Assembly: GCF_002105155.1 (NCBI RefSeq)
Contig: NW_019028979.1
Location: forward strand, 1,178,001 to 1,242,000
Origin: Lobosporangium transversale
Taxonomy: Eukaryota
DNA: 64,000 nucleotides
Direction: 5' to 3'
Position 1 is the stretch's first letter; each line of letters begins with the position of its first letter. Under the pieces are notes generated by a model, which saw nothing but the letters and a program-made list of their open reading frames with translations, did no database searches and was not told where the DNA came from. Of the stretch, positions 1 to 12,490 are shown piece after piece. A program made the position numbers and the translations under genes.

Positions 1-1949
1 TACGTGCTTGGTCCAAGACCTTGGCCAGTTCGAGCGCACAGTTCTCTTCACCCTTCTCCAATACATTCGCTGCTATGCGAGATAATTCAAAGTCCGATAT
101 GAGAGCTTGATCATTTGGGTTCGTATTGGCCTTGCCTAGGCCCGTTGCTGTCGATGCGTCCTGTACGGAGCCATCTGCTGTAGCTATGTTTGTCAATGTG
201 TGGGTAGTATATAGCAGTCCACGGCTCAAAAGGATTAACAATTGATCTGAAGGGCCTCTCGCAGCGTTCGCTGGTATCGATCCATTCCTTGTCTCCAGTA
301 TGAAGCGGGTGATTTTAGGGTCTGCAGAAATATAGGGAGGATCATTCAGATTGTTGATGCCAATCTCATCCTGATCTTGCTGACTTGAACGTTCAGCCCT
401 TGGTTCCCCGTTCTGTTCTTGGCCGCTTCTAAGCGTTTGATCGATTTTTGCGCGCAATGACTTTTCGACCCAAGGTGCGACAGAAGATCTAGCTTCCTGT
501 TCGACCTTCCAATCCAAGTCTCCGAAAGCACGGGTTACAGGCAAGCCCAGGAATTTGCCATGTCTTGTTAAGAAGGTGTTTTGTGCAGATTCTGTTGAGC
601 TACTATCGCTGTTACTGCCGTTGGTACTGTCGGTTGTGCACGAGGTTGAGCTACCGTTGTGTTGAGTTAAGAACTGCTCTGCAGTGAGTGCACGCTCCTT
701 TGCCTCTGATGTGACTTTATAGTATTCTTCTGAGCCTGGATACCGGACCGAATGCTCGTGAGTTTCTGGTGGGTTGAGCCGACGAGCAGTCCACTGGCCT
801 GCCGCGTCGTATCCTGCAAGTATGGCAACGGAGTCTCCCAATTGGGCAAGATAGAGGTCATGTCGACGTAAATCTACCCCTGTTTCTGAGGATGATGGCG
901 ATGATGTGTGAGGAGCCAAGAAGGTAACTAAGGCTGTAGATCCTGTGATGACTTGAGCGATGACCTCTTGGGTTTTCTTCACTTCGTCCTCAGCGTTCAT
1001 TTCAGTACCATCGGGTTGAGCTAACGAGACGGTGATAGCAGTCGCCAGAAGCAACTCGTCAAGTTCTTTAAAGGTGGATTTGAGGGTGTCGATGACCTGA
1101 ATTGGGTCAATCTTGCAAGTGTTGGGGTTGGCATGGCGATGATCACGGTCATCGTCCGAATGATCTAGTTGGGTAGAGAGGGATTCATCGAGGATTGGCA
1201 CAAGGTGTTGTTGGAGATATTCGGCACATTGTGGACCATGGTGGGCTAACCGCACGAAAAGATGGAGGAAATGTGCAATACAAAAATATAAAGTTAAAGT
1301 AGTGTGAGCGATGCGATAAAGGGCATTTAAGGCATGGAAATAAATAAAGTAAAGTAAAGTAAAGTAAAATAAAGTAAAATAAAGTAAAATAAAGTAAAAT
1401 AAAGTAAAATAAATTAAATAAAATGAAATAAAATAAAAAAAATAAAAAATAAAAAAAGGAGTTGTGGGGTCCAAGACGGTTCATGGTTGATGTGGTTGGA
1501 AACGCGCATTTTTTTTTTTTTTTTTTTTTTTTGTAAATAAACAATTTTTGAGGAACAAAAACGGGAAATCGAGTGCCAATGGATTGGTTAGAGTTGTTGT
1601 TATTGGTGAATGTGGTCTCGTACAACCATTCCTTATTTTTGTTATCGACTGCATAAACAAGCAAGGAGTCTTGAAGGAGAAGAGCAAAGAATGTGGGGTT
1701 GCATTGACTAATTCAGAGCAAAAGGGCTAACTTACGATCGTATAATCCGACTAAAAGTCCACCTTCAAAGCCTGTAGGTTGGATGCTGACGCGTCCATTG
1801 TGCTCGCCACGACCATTTCCTTCTTGACTAGCTTGAAAGGATGTTGAGGTAACGGGGTATTGTCTGACAAACGAATGGGCTTTGATTGAATTGGCTGTAG
1901 GGATCACAGCCACGGTAGTTACTGGTTTGTTGGACTCTGGTACTGTCAT
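1..1949 (-). CDS. PP2C/PPM-fold protein (PDP/Ptc5-like) with degenerate catalytic motifs; 3' end runs off the window
   Basis: Exon 1 1949-1736, intron 1735-1246 (GTAAGT...TTAG), exon 2 1245-<1, open to the edge. Spliced protein has LVGLYDPHHGPQCAEYL, GSTALVTFL, LYLAQLGDSVAIL, PVTRAFGDLDWK, PPYISADPKIT and LLILLSRGLL, in PP2C motif order. Confidence 0.8.
1341..1458. repeat. (AAAGT/AAAAT)n pentanucleotide microsatellite in the PP2C intron
   Basis: Visible tandem aaagt/aaaat units. Confidence 0.85.
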
Positions 1950-3369
1950 TTGTTTTAAAAGAAAATTGCTATTTAGAGAGAATGATGGTTAAGCAGAAAT
2001 TGAAGCAGTATACAGTGTATAATGCGATACGATGTGAAATTGGGTGGAAGGAGAAGGAAAAGGACAAGATGTAAAGGATGATCAATGGATAAGAGAGGGA
2101 TAAGAAGAGAGCGAGGGACAGAAAAAGAAGAAGAAATAAATAAATAAATGTGGAATCCGATTGTGAGGATGTGTTTGCATAAATGTTCTCTCTTTCGTTT
2201 TGAGGATGCAAATGAGAAGAATAAAAAGAAAAGAAAGAAAGAAAGAAAGAAAGAGATAGAGAAAGAGAATGAAGGAAGGAAGGAAGGAAGAAAGGAAGGA
2301 AGGAATAAATAAGAAAAAAAAAAAAAAAAAAGCTGTTTGTATGCCTGTAGTGTGTGTGAACACAGGAATAAACATGTGCTGAATATGTAAACAATTCTAA
2401 ATATCGGTAAAGAAGTTGCCTGTCTATACAAATGCCATGGTCATGTTCAGCATGCACATGCAACTTTTTTTATTTATTCATATATATTTTATTATAAATA
2501 TTTATTTTATTATTTTATTTTACTTTATTTATTCCAGTTGAACAAAGGTTCCCTTGCTAACCTGGACTGAGCACAGGACACAAAAAAAAAAAAAATTACA
2601 CACGGTTGGCGGTTGTGGTATGTCTGAATATTTATACTTTTGTGCGTTCTGGTTGGTTGTAAAGCACATTCACTCCTTTTTTTTTTTTTTTTTTTTCAAG
2701 CTTTCAAACAACAATCCTCGCCATCTCTCTATCTCTCTCTATCTCTCTCCCTCTCTCTCTTTTGCTCTTTCTCTCTTTCTCTTGCTCTCTCTCTCTCTCT
2801 CCTACTAGGACTACTTTTACTATCTTTTTTTTTTTTTTTTTTTTTTTCCTTTTTCTGTCCATCAAACACAATTCACTGTGAGCTTTGAACTCATTAAAAG
2901 GCATTAAGAAGAAACGGTAAAAAATTATTCGATTGATGCCTACGACCCGCGGTAAACAGGAAAAACAAGCTCATTCATGCATGATAAAAAATATTTTTAT
3001 ACAAAACGAGTATTCAAAAAGATTTCGTTGCCACTAAAAACCCACGGTTCTAGGGTATATCTTTTGCATTTTGGTTAGTGATTCACACAAGAAAAAGCCA
3101 AGACAAACAAAAAGGAGGCATCAACGTATATACAACCCTACAGAATCATAAATGCACGGAAATAAAATAAAAGAAAAAGAAAAAGAAGCCTCATTATAAT
3201 GAGTAACGGTTCTTGTCATTGTTGCTTTGAAGAAGCTACAGCAATATGTGCAAGGCGGGAGATTGTTATCAGTATTGGACGTAGTACCCTGCATCCCCAA
3301 AGGCGATGGGGCACACGCGGCATATTCCCTACTCGTAATATTCATGTGTATGCCCTGTCTTCCATGCAT

Positions 3370-3400
<31 letters not shown>

Positions 3401-3646
3401 CCTTCTAAATCCCAATATGTCCGACTTTATCCAGTCCCCGCGCCCACCCAACTCTATCCCTACTCATTCTGTATATTAAATAAAATGCTGTACATGTACA
3501 TGTAGAATTGGGCACCAGTTTTTCCGTGCTTGCTTGACAACATGTCGATCCCAATTTTGTTTTTTCTTCTTTTTACAAAACAACAACAATAGCAGAACAA
3601 GAACATGTTAGGATTATATTTATATATATATAAATATATGTTTATG

Positions 3647-3678
<32 letters not shown>

Positions 3679-3967
3679 GTTTGTCATTACCCAAAGATGA
3701 ATGTCAAGATCGTTGTGCGTGGGACCGAAAAGGGCTACAACAGAAAAGCTTTTTCAGATGCTCTTGTGATTCCCGCCTATGCGAACCTTGTGTTCGTGTC
3801 CAATAAAAAAAATATTGTCTTGACTGGCACAACTGGAGAGAAGAAAGAGGTACCTGCGTTCCAAATGCATAATTCTGATCCAATTATTAAAGCGGTTGGA
3901 TAAGATAGACCTTTATATCGGGTGCCTCGGACATAAAAATCCTTGCATTAAATAATACTTATTCATA

Positions 3968-4004
3968 GAGTCCTCGCCAAAAAGTCATAAACTGGATATA
4001 TTTT
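3968..4004 (+). repeat. Left terminal inverted repeat GAGTCCTCGCCAAAAAGTCATAAACTGGATATATTTT
   Basis: Exact reverse complement of 6273-6309. Confidence 0.95.
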
Positions 4005-4073
4005 TCAGGCTTTTAAATTGAATAGAATACTTCCACTTTTAGACGCAGGAAAAATACGTACAAACTCAAAATT

Positions 4074-6035
4074 TTAATTTTTACGAGAGCGTTTTCGATT
4101 GATAAGAGGCTCGTCCTCAGACTCGCTATCCTCTATCACATTAAACATGCTTCCAGCATCTAGCGTAAGATCCACTATCTCAGGGCCTAGGGTAACAGCT
4201 TCAGCTCGCTCTTGATTTAGTACTCTAATGAGTTCTGCATCCCACTCACTATTGTCGACTTTGAAAGTGTCACTAAGGTCCACAATAGGCTCGTTTTCAT
4301 CAAAAACCTCTTGATAAACCTCTTCGACTATTTCTTCCTGTGCATGACTCCTCTCGTTATAGTATCTCATGCCAATTTTCACAGACTTCTTCCATACAGA
4401 GTAAAAGACTTTACACGGAATCTGGGAAAACAAGCTTAGTAGCCTTTTTTTCAGCAAGATGGATGTCATTGTCACCATTGCTCTCGAGGCAATTATGTTT
4501 TTCACAACTGCCCAGATCTTCTCAATAGGTTGTAGCTCGCAATGGTAGGGTGGAGTCTTGAGGATTTCATGTCCACCATTCTCCTGGGCTATTTTACTGA
4601 TAGAGAAATACGACTCATCAGGAAGAGCGTTAACCAATTCCATAAGCTCGTTTTTGTTCAGTGCTTTTCCATTTTCCCTTGTTGGAATAACAATCTCCTT
4701 GCCCGTGAGCCACTCTTTGATAGTTTTCACAGTGTCGCTCTTGGTTGGTTTCCTGTTTTTCTTGTGAAAGTGATATGAAGCGCCATCAAGATGGATTTTA
4801 CAAGGGCCAAGTCCCATCTTATTGAGATTCTCACAAAGTCGCTTAAAGATACTATCGAACAAACTAGCGTTGAAGTTTCCATGATAATCGTGATCTGTTG
4901 CCACGACCCCTGCATTCCTGATCTCCTCAGGTACGTCATCCCACAGTTCAGCCTCCTGCTCTTGGCCTTTTTTTGATTGAGGCTTTGGTCCCTTTGATGG
5001 CCAAACATACACGCTATCATTAACGAATTTGCCTTCAACCTTTTTAGCAGCTTCATCATAATATACAATGAAGGCTGCAAATATAACCATGATTGGTTTC
5101 CTTCCTGCATCGTTAATGACACCACCGCCACTTTGCACCCAACGTCTTGCTGCAGCATGGTCAATGTGGCAGTAAGACTCGTCCAAGAAGACCTCTGGAG
5201 TCCTAGGCACCCAACTGCCGTCTACTAGTTTTAAATTCTTAAGACGGCGCTTCAGGTAAGTAGCTCGGAAGGCAATATTCTCCTTGGAGTCGTGCAAAAA
5301 GTTCTGTCGGATCCCTTTACCCCAATACAGTCCCATTTTACGGAGGTCGCGAGTGATTGATCTTGCTGATCTGTCGATTTCAAAGTCTTCTTTCAGTTGG
5401 TTTGCAATTAAACCCGCAGAATTAGGAGTCCCGCTCTTGTTTGATTCAACTATGATATTCAGCACCTTCGAGTTTAAATCCTTGTCCGCTTCTTTTTTAG
5501 GGCGTCCAGTTCTTCCTCGCCCTGTCATTTCGACGATGCCTGTTTGTGCATATTTAATTGCTGCCACACAAGTGTTTCTCCCTACACCCATCAGAATCGA
5601 AAGGTCCATTGCTCTGTTGTCTGTCTTCTTAAACCAGTCTTGGACTGCTGGTGGCGCATTCATTATAGCATTATATGTATGAGCTATTATCGCGTATTCG
5701 TCTTTAGTAACGGACGCTTTACTGCGTGTAAATGCCTTTTTTCTCTCTCCAGTTTGTTTGTCTGACAAGAATGGATTTAAATCGAGGGTATTGGGACGCT
5801 CACCGAATTGCTCTAATGAGGTAGAACTCCTTGGCTCGTTTCTGGGAGGAGTAATCCATTGATATTCGGTAGGAGACCTAATAGGGGAGAGATCGGCTTC
5901 AGTGGGCAGTTGTGGCGATCTTCGAGGCGGAGTGAAGGGTGTGCCTGAAATCATTTGGTCGATATTTCCTTCGCTATACCAACCACCAAGATCGTTGTAT
6001 GAGAGTAGGTTATTGATATCAAAAGGGAAAGACAT
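4074..6035 (-). CDS. DDE transposase, about 653 aa (alternative ATG at 6116)
   Basis: GRTGRPKK and HTH-like region, VFLDESY, IHLDGASYH, PPYHCELQPIEKIW; no introns or stops. Confidence 0.93.
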   Translation of the reverse strand: MSFPFDINNLLSYNDLGGWYSEGNIDQMISGTPFTPPRRSPQLPTEADLSPIRSPTEYQWITPPRNEPRSSTSLEQFGERPNTLDLNPFLSDKQTGERKKAFTRSKASVTKDEYAIIAHTYNAIMNAPPAVQDWFKKTDNRAMDLSILMGVGRNTCVAAIKYAQTGIVEMTGRGRTGRPKKEADKDLNSKVLNIIVESNKSGTPNSAGLIANQLKEDFEIDRSARSITRDLRKMGLYWGKGIRQNFLHDSKENIAFRATYLKRRLKNLKLVDGSWVPRTPEVFLDESYCHIDHAAARRWVQSGGGVINDAGRKPIMVIFAAFIVYYDEAAKKVEGKFVNDSVYVWPSKGPKPQSKKGQEQEAELWDDVPEEIRNAGVVATDHDYHGNFNASLFDSIFKRLCENLNKMGLGPCKIHLDGASYHFHKKNRKPTKSDTVKTIKEWLTGKEIVIPTRENGKALNKNELMELVNALPDESYFSISKIAQENGGHEILKTPPYHCELQPIEKIWAVVKNIIASRAMVTMTSILLKKRLLSLFSQIPCKVFYSVWKKSVKIGMRYYNERSHAQEEIVEEVYQEVFDENEPIVDLSDTFKVDNSEWDAELIRVLNQERAEAVTLGPEIVDLTLDAGSMFNVIEDSESEDEPLINRKRSRKN

Positions 6036-6272
6036 TTTACTATCTGAAGATTGCGAATAAAGTAGGTTGACAATGAGGATGAGATCGAGAATGAGATTGA
6101 GAATGATGTTGCCCATTTCTCGCAAATTCTAATATTTCTAATTAAAAACGAAGATTGAATTGGTTTGGTGGCCATGCATCTAATTCATTCCTTCTATTCA
6201 AAAAATATATGCATTTTTGTCTTCGTACGTAAATTTTTATTTTTCAAATTTTTAATTCAAATTGAGTATTGT

Positions 6273-6309
6273 AAAATATATCCAGTTTATGACTTTTTGG
6301 CGAGGACTC
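6273..6309 (-). repeat. Right terminal inverted repeat
   Basis: Exact reverse complement of 3968-4004. Confidence 0.95.
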
Positions 6310-7205
6310 TATTATACAGACATTAATTATATTCATTTATATAGTACCATTGTATATACAATATATATATATTTGGTTGCATTAATTTTTTTTTTTTTTT
6401 TGCCAAGACCATCAGCTTACGGCATTTTTCAATTAAGAGTCCATTCCCATGTGCTCACTATACCGTGTACAAACACGATCTACACAGAGAATGAATGAGA
6501 CGCGAATAAACTATAATATACTTCGAATCTACGATCACAAGTCAGATTGTCCTAGGTATCACTCGTCCTTTCGAGCAACGTTAAAATCATAATGTCAACA
6601 ATACAAATACGCATCCAAAGATCAGTCAACATGAAAATGATCCAAGCACAGATTCAGAAAGAAAAAAAAAAAATAAAGAATGAAGAGGAATATAAAAACT
6701 ATTGCGCGATAACATTCGATTATCTTTCCTTAACGATACAATAGTTAGCTTCCTTATTAACATTGCTATTATGAATAAAAGTAAACATATCAATACTCTG
6801 TATTTCTTCCCGGTTGACTGCTTTTTCCCTCTCAGGAACAGGCTCGCACACGTAGATGAGGACTACATTTGTATATTTGTCAATAATGACAAAAAAAAAA
6901 AAAAAAAAATGTATATTCATGTATAAATATTTGCTTGATAAATGTCATCGGTTGTATCCAATATTTCCAGTCTCCGCACAAGATCAAGTAAATAGCTTCC
7001 CTTGTTCTGAATATTTTCCCGGATTTCTTCATTTTTTTTCTTTTTTCTTTTCTTTTCTTTTTTTTTTTTACATAGTATATATTTCCTCTTAGTATCTTTG
7101 TGTACCCATGCAAACAACCACACACATTGACGCATACTTGATTCTGCACACCAACAGGTACAGACAATATTCAATCTCTTTTTTCTTCATCAAGATCAGG
7201 AAATA

Positions 7206-7238
<33 letters not shown>

Positions 7239-7975
7239 ATGATCCAAAGACCACAGTAGCCTTCAACTTCTTTTTATTTTCTCCGACGCGTAGTTCTTCC
7301 CGTGTTTATCCATCAATCTCTCTCTTTTTTCCTTTTTTTTTTCCTTTTTCTTTTTCTTTTGTTTTTTTTCTTTTGCATCAATGATCTGTTGAAAGGTCTG
7401 GAACAGCTTTTTTTTCTTTTCTTCTTGTTTTGTTTTGTTTTTGGTACATAGGTGGGTATCCGCTCAAAAAAAAAAAAAAAAAAAAAAAAAAAGGACACAG
7501 ACACAAACGTGTCAATTGAAGCTTTCACGTCCGTGCGAGATAACTGTATCATTTCAGGATTTTTGGTGATATTTTTTTTTTATATTCAATTTCATTTTCA
7601 ATTGTAAATAAAATAGAATGCTTGAACAACGGGCAAATAAACATTTATGTACACAGAAATGTATGTTTATATATCAAATATGTAAATATGCATCTAAATC
7701 CATAGCACACACACATACACACACAATAGGACAAATATTTAGATCCGAGTATATAATCAACAATAAACAAATTACACCAATAGTTTTTATCAAGTCTTTA
7801 TTATCCAAAGTACTTTTTTATAAAACTGAAGAACAAAGTCGACGGACTGAATTCCTTCATGCACTCAATACAATCAAGAAGTCAAGTCAACAGAAAAAAA
7901 AAAAAGCAAAACATGTTTTCTCCCGCGCATCTCTTTAGTGAGCTTTTTTACTTTTTGTTTCTTCTTGATTGGTCC

Positions 7976-10900
7976 CTACTTACTTTCAATGGAATGGAGG
8001 AAAGGTAGCGGTTTGTCAAGGAGCTCCATTCCACCTCCTCGCCTTCCCTCCTCTTTCTTTCTTCCCGCATTCATCGCCCAACCGTTTCTTTGTTGCCACG
8101 TTGCCATCCCCCCCCCCCTTGGTTGCAATATCCCGCCTCCAAAGTCCGCATATAGGCTGTTACTACCTCTTCTTTGTAATGTCCAATGACCATTGGTGTC
8201 CTGATCTGATGAAATATCGCTGTCTATAGAGGTAATAGGAAAATAGAATGATTCGGGTCCTGCAAGAGACGGTAAAGAGGAAGGCGGTGGTGCAGAGGGC
8301 AAATATATCGCAGGTGCGGCGGTCAAGGGTCGTGTAACGCTGTTTGAAGAAGCTACAGGAAAAGCAGAAGCAGAGACAGGGAAAGGAGGATGCAAACGAG
8401 GAAGAGCCGAAGAAGGTGCATCGATTGTAGAACTAACTTGCATTGTTGCAGCATTAAATGGCGTCACTATTTCCTCCGGCGTCCACTGGGAGGGGTGAAG
8501 CTCTCCCATTTCATGCCCCATCCTAAATCTCAACCTAATTTCCCTTGACATTGGTACTGTACGTAGATCCGGGTTTACCATACCGTCTGGGCTGGGGATT
8601 GTAGTTCCAAAGCTAGTCACTGCCGAAAAACCTGGGGTAATTGCCTTCATTAGTATTGTATTAGCGCTGAAATGCAGCGGTTGAGGTACGCCTGCAGCTG
8701 TTACAGAAATTCCAGACAGCTGTTCTTCTTGTTTCAGTACTGTTCTGGTGCTGCCATTCATAGAGGCATTGCCGAGCTCTCCATTGCCTGTAAACCGCCT
8801 CCGGAAATATTGTTGCTCCCGCCATCGACGCTGAAGCTCCATAGCATACGGTAACTGTGCATAGCAGATCTGGTTTGGAATAGACTCATTCAATCGGGAC
8901 TGCTCTGATAATATAGTTGTCTATATGCTATCTGACTTGTTCCTTGGCGAGTTACCGAGGTTGCGGTGGGCTCCGCAGTAGCTGTAGATGTCGCTGCTGG
9001 GGATTCAGATGTTGCAGTCCCCATTGTCGGCATTGATCCCCAAGCTATTTCTACCCGTCCATCGTGCGCTTGTCCAGCCTGGTCCGTAGCATGGCTCCCA
9101 CTAGCATAACTGCGCATGTTTCTCGTGCTGTCCGCAATTGCTCCACTTGTTCCTGTGCTAGCTGTCCACATTGACGTGAAGTGGCTCCCAGAGTACGCAG
9201 TAGTGTCTGGTTCACTACCATTCACCAACCTGAGCAGCCTCGTTAGCTGAGCCGGGCGGGCCTGCGACACTACAGAATAGGCGACCATGGCAGTTTCAAA
9301 GCCAGGCGAGCCTATAGACGCATGGTTGTGCGAGCCTTCGGGGGTTGAGATAGAAGCTGATATAGTACTGTTGGGGGTGGCAAGGGTACTATCGTTGGGG
9401 AAACCACCTACTGCTACTACTGATGCAAAGGCAGGTATAAGCACTGGTAGGTTGTTGTTTGGGAGCAGTGAACCAAGAAGACCTATAGTGAATTCAAAGC
9501 AATTGGCGTGTTATTCGAGCTCCATCTCTCATTAAATCATGATATCCATCAAAGTGCTAATACATCTTTACCATTTGGGTCAATAGTGTTGCGCAAACTG
9601 AACTGACTGCTTCAGAAGTGCCGTGATCGTTGATGCGGCCGCTGCGGGTGACCCATCTGATTCCCTATGCTGCTGCGACAAGTCGTCATGTGGCCTAGAT
9701 AGATCACGGGAAGGTACCAAAATTTATTGACCCTGTCCCTCCTCCGTCCTCTGCTGCTGGCGAAATGTCACGTTCCTTGGTCGTATCTCTTCGAAAGTAT
9801 ATGATATCCCGTTCGAGACCGTAGCTGTAAGAGGCGTAGATGTGGTTACAGTATCAACACTGACCTCATATTCATGAGGTAAACCTTCGGTTGCACTGCC
9901 AGTGATGCTAATAGATAGACTATGAGAAGGCGAAAGGACGGTTTCTTGGTCCGTCAAGATATTGCTAGAAGTGTGGTCGGGAGACGGCTCTGCCGCATCA
10001 GTAAAGATGATGACAATGTCTGGGTGTCGAAGTCACTCGTCACTAGAAGCCAGTCCAGATGAATAATCTCTTGTGGTGTAGCGCCTGCGTGGTAAAGTTC
10101 TTGGTGTATCATGTCCATCGTGGCCCGCTAAAACTAGGGGCATTGGTTGCTGGTTCACAGACACTGATGAGTGGCTATCGTTGTTTAAAGCATTGACTTC
10201 CATCGACAAAGATGAAGATGAATGTGAGGTGCTCAGCACGGACTAGTCAGAGTCATTGGTCCTTGGGAAAGAAGGAGAGTAAAGTTGGTACTGCGTGACT
10301 TCGTCTGTTGAATTGAATATAGGATCACTTAGTGGGCAGGAAAGTTAGTTCAAAGATGGTGATAGAAATAAGAAGGGGAGATGGAAGGAAGCCTTCTATT
10401 TGTAGTGAGGTCGCCTACCTCACCACCATCTATACTGATATGTGTGGTATTTGGCGTGCTGTAAAATGAAGCGATTTGGTTTATATTCCTAGTTGATATG
10501 CATCGCGGCTGCAGCACTGATTATCCTCAGAGCTGTGTCCCATGCTCGAATACTGTATTACAGGTATCACATTCTCCCTTGAATCTATATGAGAAGACCT
10601 TAACTGCCTCGAAATCCAGACCAAATTGCTAGCGAGCTGCTGCAATGGTGGATTGTAATTTCATTCTAGACACAACTGATTGGTGTCATGCCCATGGGCA
10701 TTATTGCGACTATGCACACCATGCATAGTATGGACGGTAAATCGATCGTTTGTAAGACGTTGGTGCTCTGTGCATATTCGCGTTCGTCTTCAGATTCATG
10801 CATTGATAAGTTTTGACCTGCTGGGCGCAAACTCAAGGCCCTTGGTCCATATATCTGCGTATGCGTGGACTAGATACAGGCAATGCCAACGATGATTGTA

Positions 10901-11250
10901 CTTTCCACGTGTTAAAGTTGACATTAATAATGACCTGTTTGGGTTCATATCTGTTTACCCTAGTTCATTGTGTAGCGCCTTTGGAAGATATGGTGGCTGA
11001 TGCAGATCGCTTTCCATCCGTCTTTCGATATAATGATGCTGCTGAGATTGCAATGATAGGGACCCCTCGTTCAGCCCATGGAGAGTTAGATTGTAGAAAA
11101 TACTATTAGCGCTCGATGCTTCACTCGCAGACAAATAAGGCTATTACAGGCCCTGCTGAAGATGTTGCTGATGTTGTTGTTGTTGCTGGTGATATTGAAG
11201 TAATCGTTGGTGTTGACGCTGTCACTCACGTAAAACAAGCGTTAATGGAG
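7976..11250 (-). pseudogene. Disrupted gene for a long Ser/Thr/Pro-rich low-complexity protein; 5' limit uncertain
   Basis: ORF pieces 10033-10239 and 9724-9957 share a frame and are bounded by single stops (TAG 10243-10245, TGA 10033-10035, TAA 9724-9726). Frame changes occur near 9600 and 8890. Coding-like, homopolymer-free sequence with more stops continues to about 11.25 kb. Confidence 0.6.
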
Positions 11251-12490
11251 CATGGAGCTCCAGGAGATTGTTAGAGAACGAATCCGAGTACGATGCATAA
11301 ATCGGACCGTATGAGGAATAGTCCGACGACACATATTGGACGTGTAACATTAAATCAATGATGTTGGATGACTGCTTAGGGCAAAGTCATGTTTCAGGTT
11401 ACTAAAATGAGAAAAGTTAATTGGCTATAGGCTTTTTAGCTGGCTCCGCGGCTTTTATTTTTATTTATTTTTCTGCAAGCATAACTAAACCAGATCGCCA
11501 TGGATAAAAGAGACTTTGATGGAATCAATGGAGTAAAGAAATGTGGCAATGCCAAGTTAAAGAGCACTTCATGCCATGCACTCATAAAAAAAAAGTTCGA
11601 GGCACCTTAATGAATCGTTACTTGAAAACAAATTGGTTATAAGTGAGAGTTACACAGTTTCCTGTGTTCGAATTTGTGTTCATGTGTGTGTTTATTTATA
11701 AATGAAGGGTGTGCAACCTTGAATCAATTATTACTTGCTTGCATTATGAAGAGGCAAAAGAGAAAAGGAGTATGGAATGAGAAATCGATGGGACGGAAAT
11801 GATGGCATGCAAGTCATTTAGAATGCAATGAACAAATGAGAAAAAGAAGGGACAGTGCACTCTGGTCAAATGCAGATCTGCAAAGATATTTCAAAAACAG
11901 TACTCCACCTTCCTATTCAGGCTGGACTAACGCAACATGAATATGTATATTGTATCCAGCAGATGTTTTTAAGTTGAGGGCTGAGCTCAAACCAGGGCTC
12001 CATTCTCATCCGGATGGAATATTTTTACAATGCGTCTGTCAATTAAAGGGTGTGGCACACCGAGACTGATGAGGAAGAAGGTCGTATCCATGTTGTGGAA
12101 TCTCTATGGTGTTGAGAGCCTCCATTCGGGAAGCGCTTGCCGTTACTATGTTGACCGCCAGTGCCTGTTTTGTCTTTTACTCAAAAGCGAAAATGCTGTT
12201 GTCAGCATTAAGCGTATTAAACATGTATCAGAGAGCCAAGCAGAGGGCGTGCTGACAAAAAAAATAAGGTTTTCTTTTTTCTTTTCACAATGCAACTTTG
12301 TTGTCTGTTGGTTTTCCCTTCTCTCTTTTTTTTTTTCCCTTTTTCTCATCTCAACGAACGCCATTGACATCTACTTTCCCTTCATCTTTAATTCAGATTC
12401 CTCTTTAGACTCCCTACTTGTGCTCATTGTGTACTCCACAATATTAGGACTCGAACAGCTGATCTTCAACAATATACCCATATTACCCCC

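Larger units (their letters stand above)
3968..6309 (-). mobile_element. Intact IS630-Tc1-mariner DNA transposon (2342 bp), DD87E, Sailor-like
   Basis: Perfect 37-bp TIRs at 3968-4004 and 6273-6309, TA on both flanks (3966-3967, 6310-6311), and a single transposase ORF inside. Confidence 0.95.

Noticed and set aside
1969..3700. Many Phe-, Leu- or Lys-rich short ORFs here and throughout the window
   Set aside because: They are translations of poly(T), poly(A) and CT/GA microsatellites, not genes.
9724..10245. Stop-codon readthrough, recoding or RNA editing to rescue the disrupted gene
   Set aside because: All three stop types plus frame changes occur, and neighbouring genes use the standard code; pseudogene decay is simpler.
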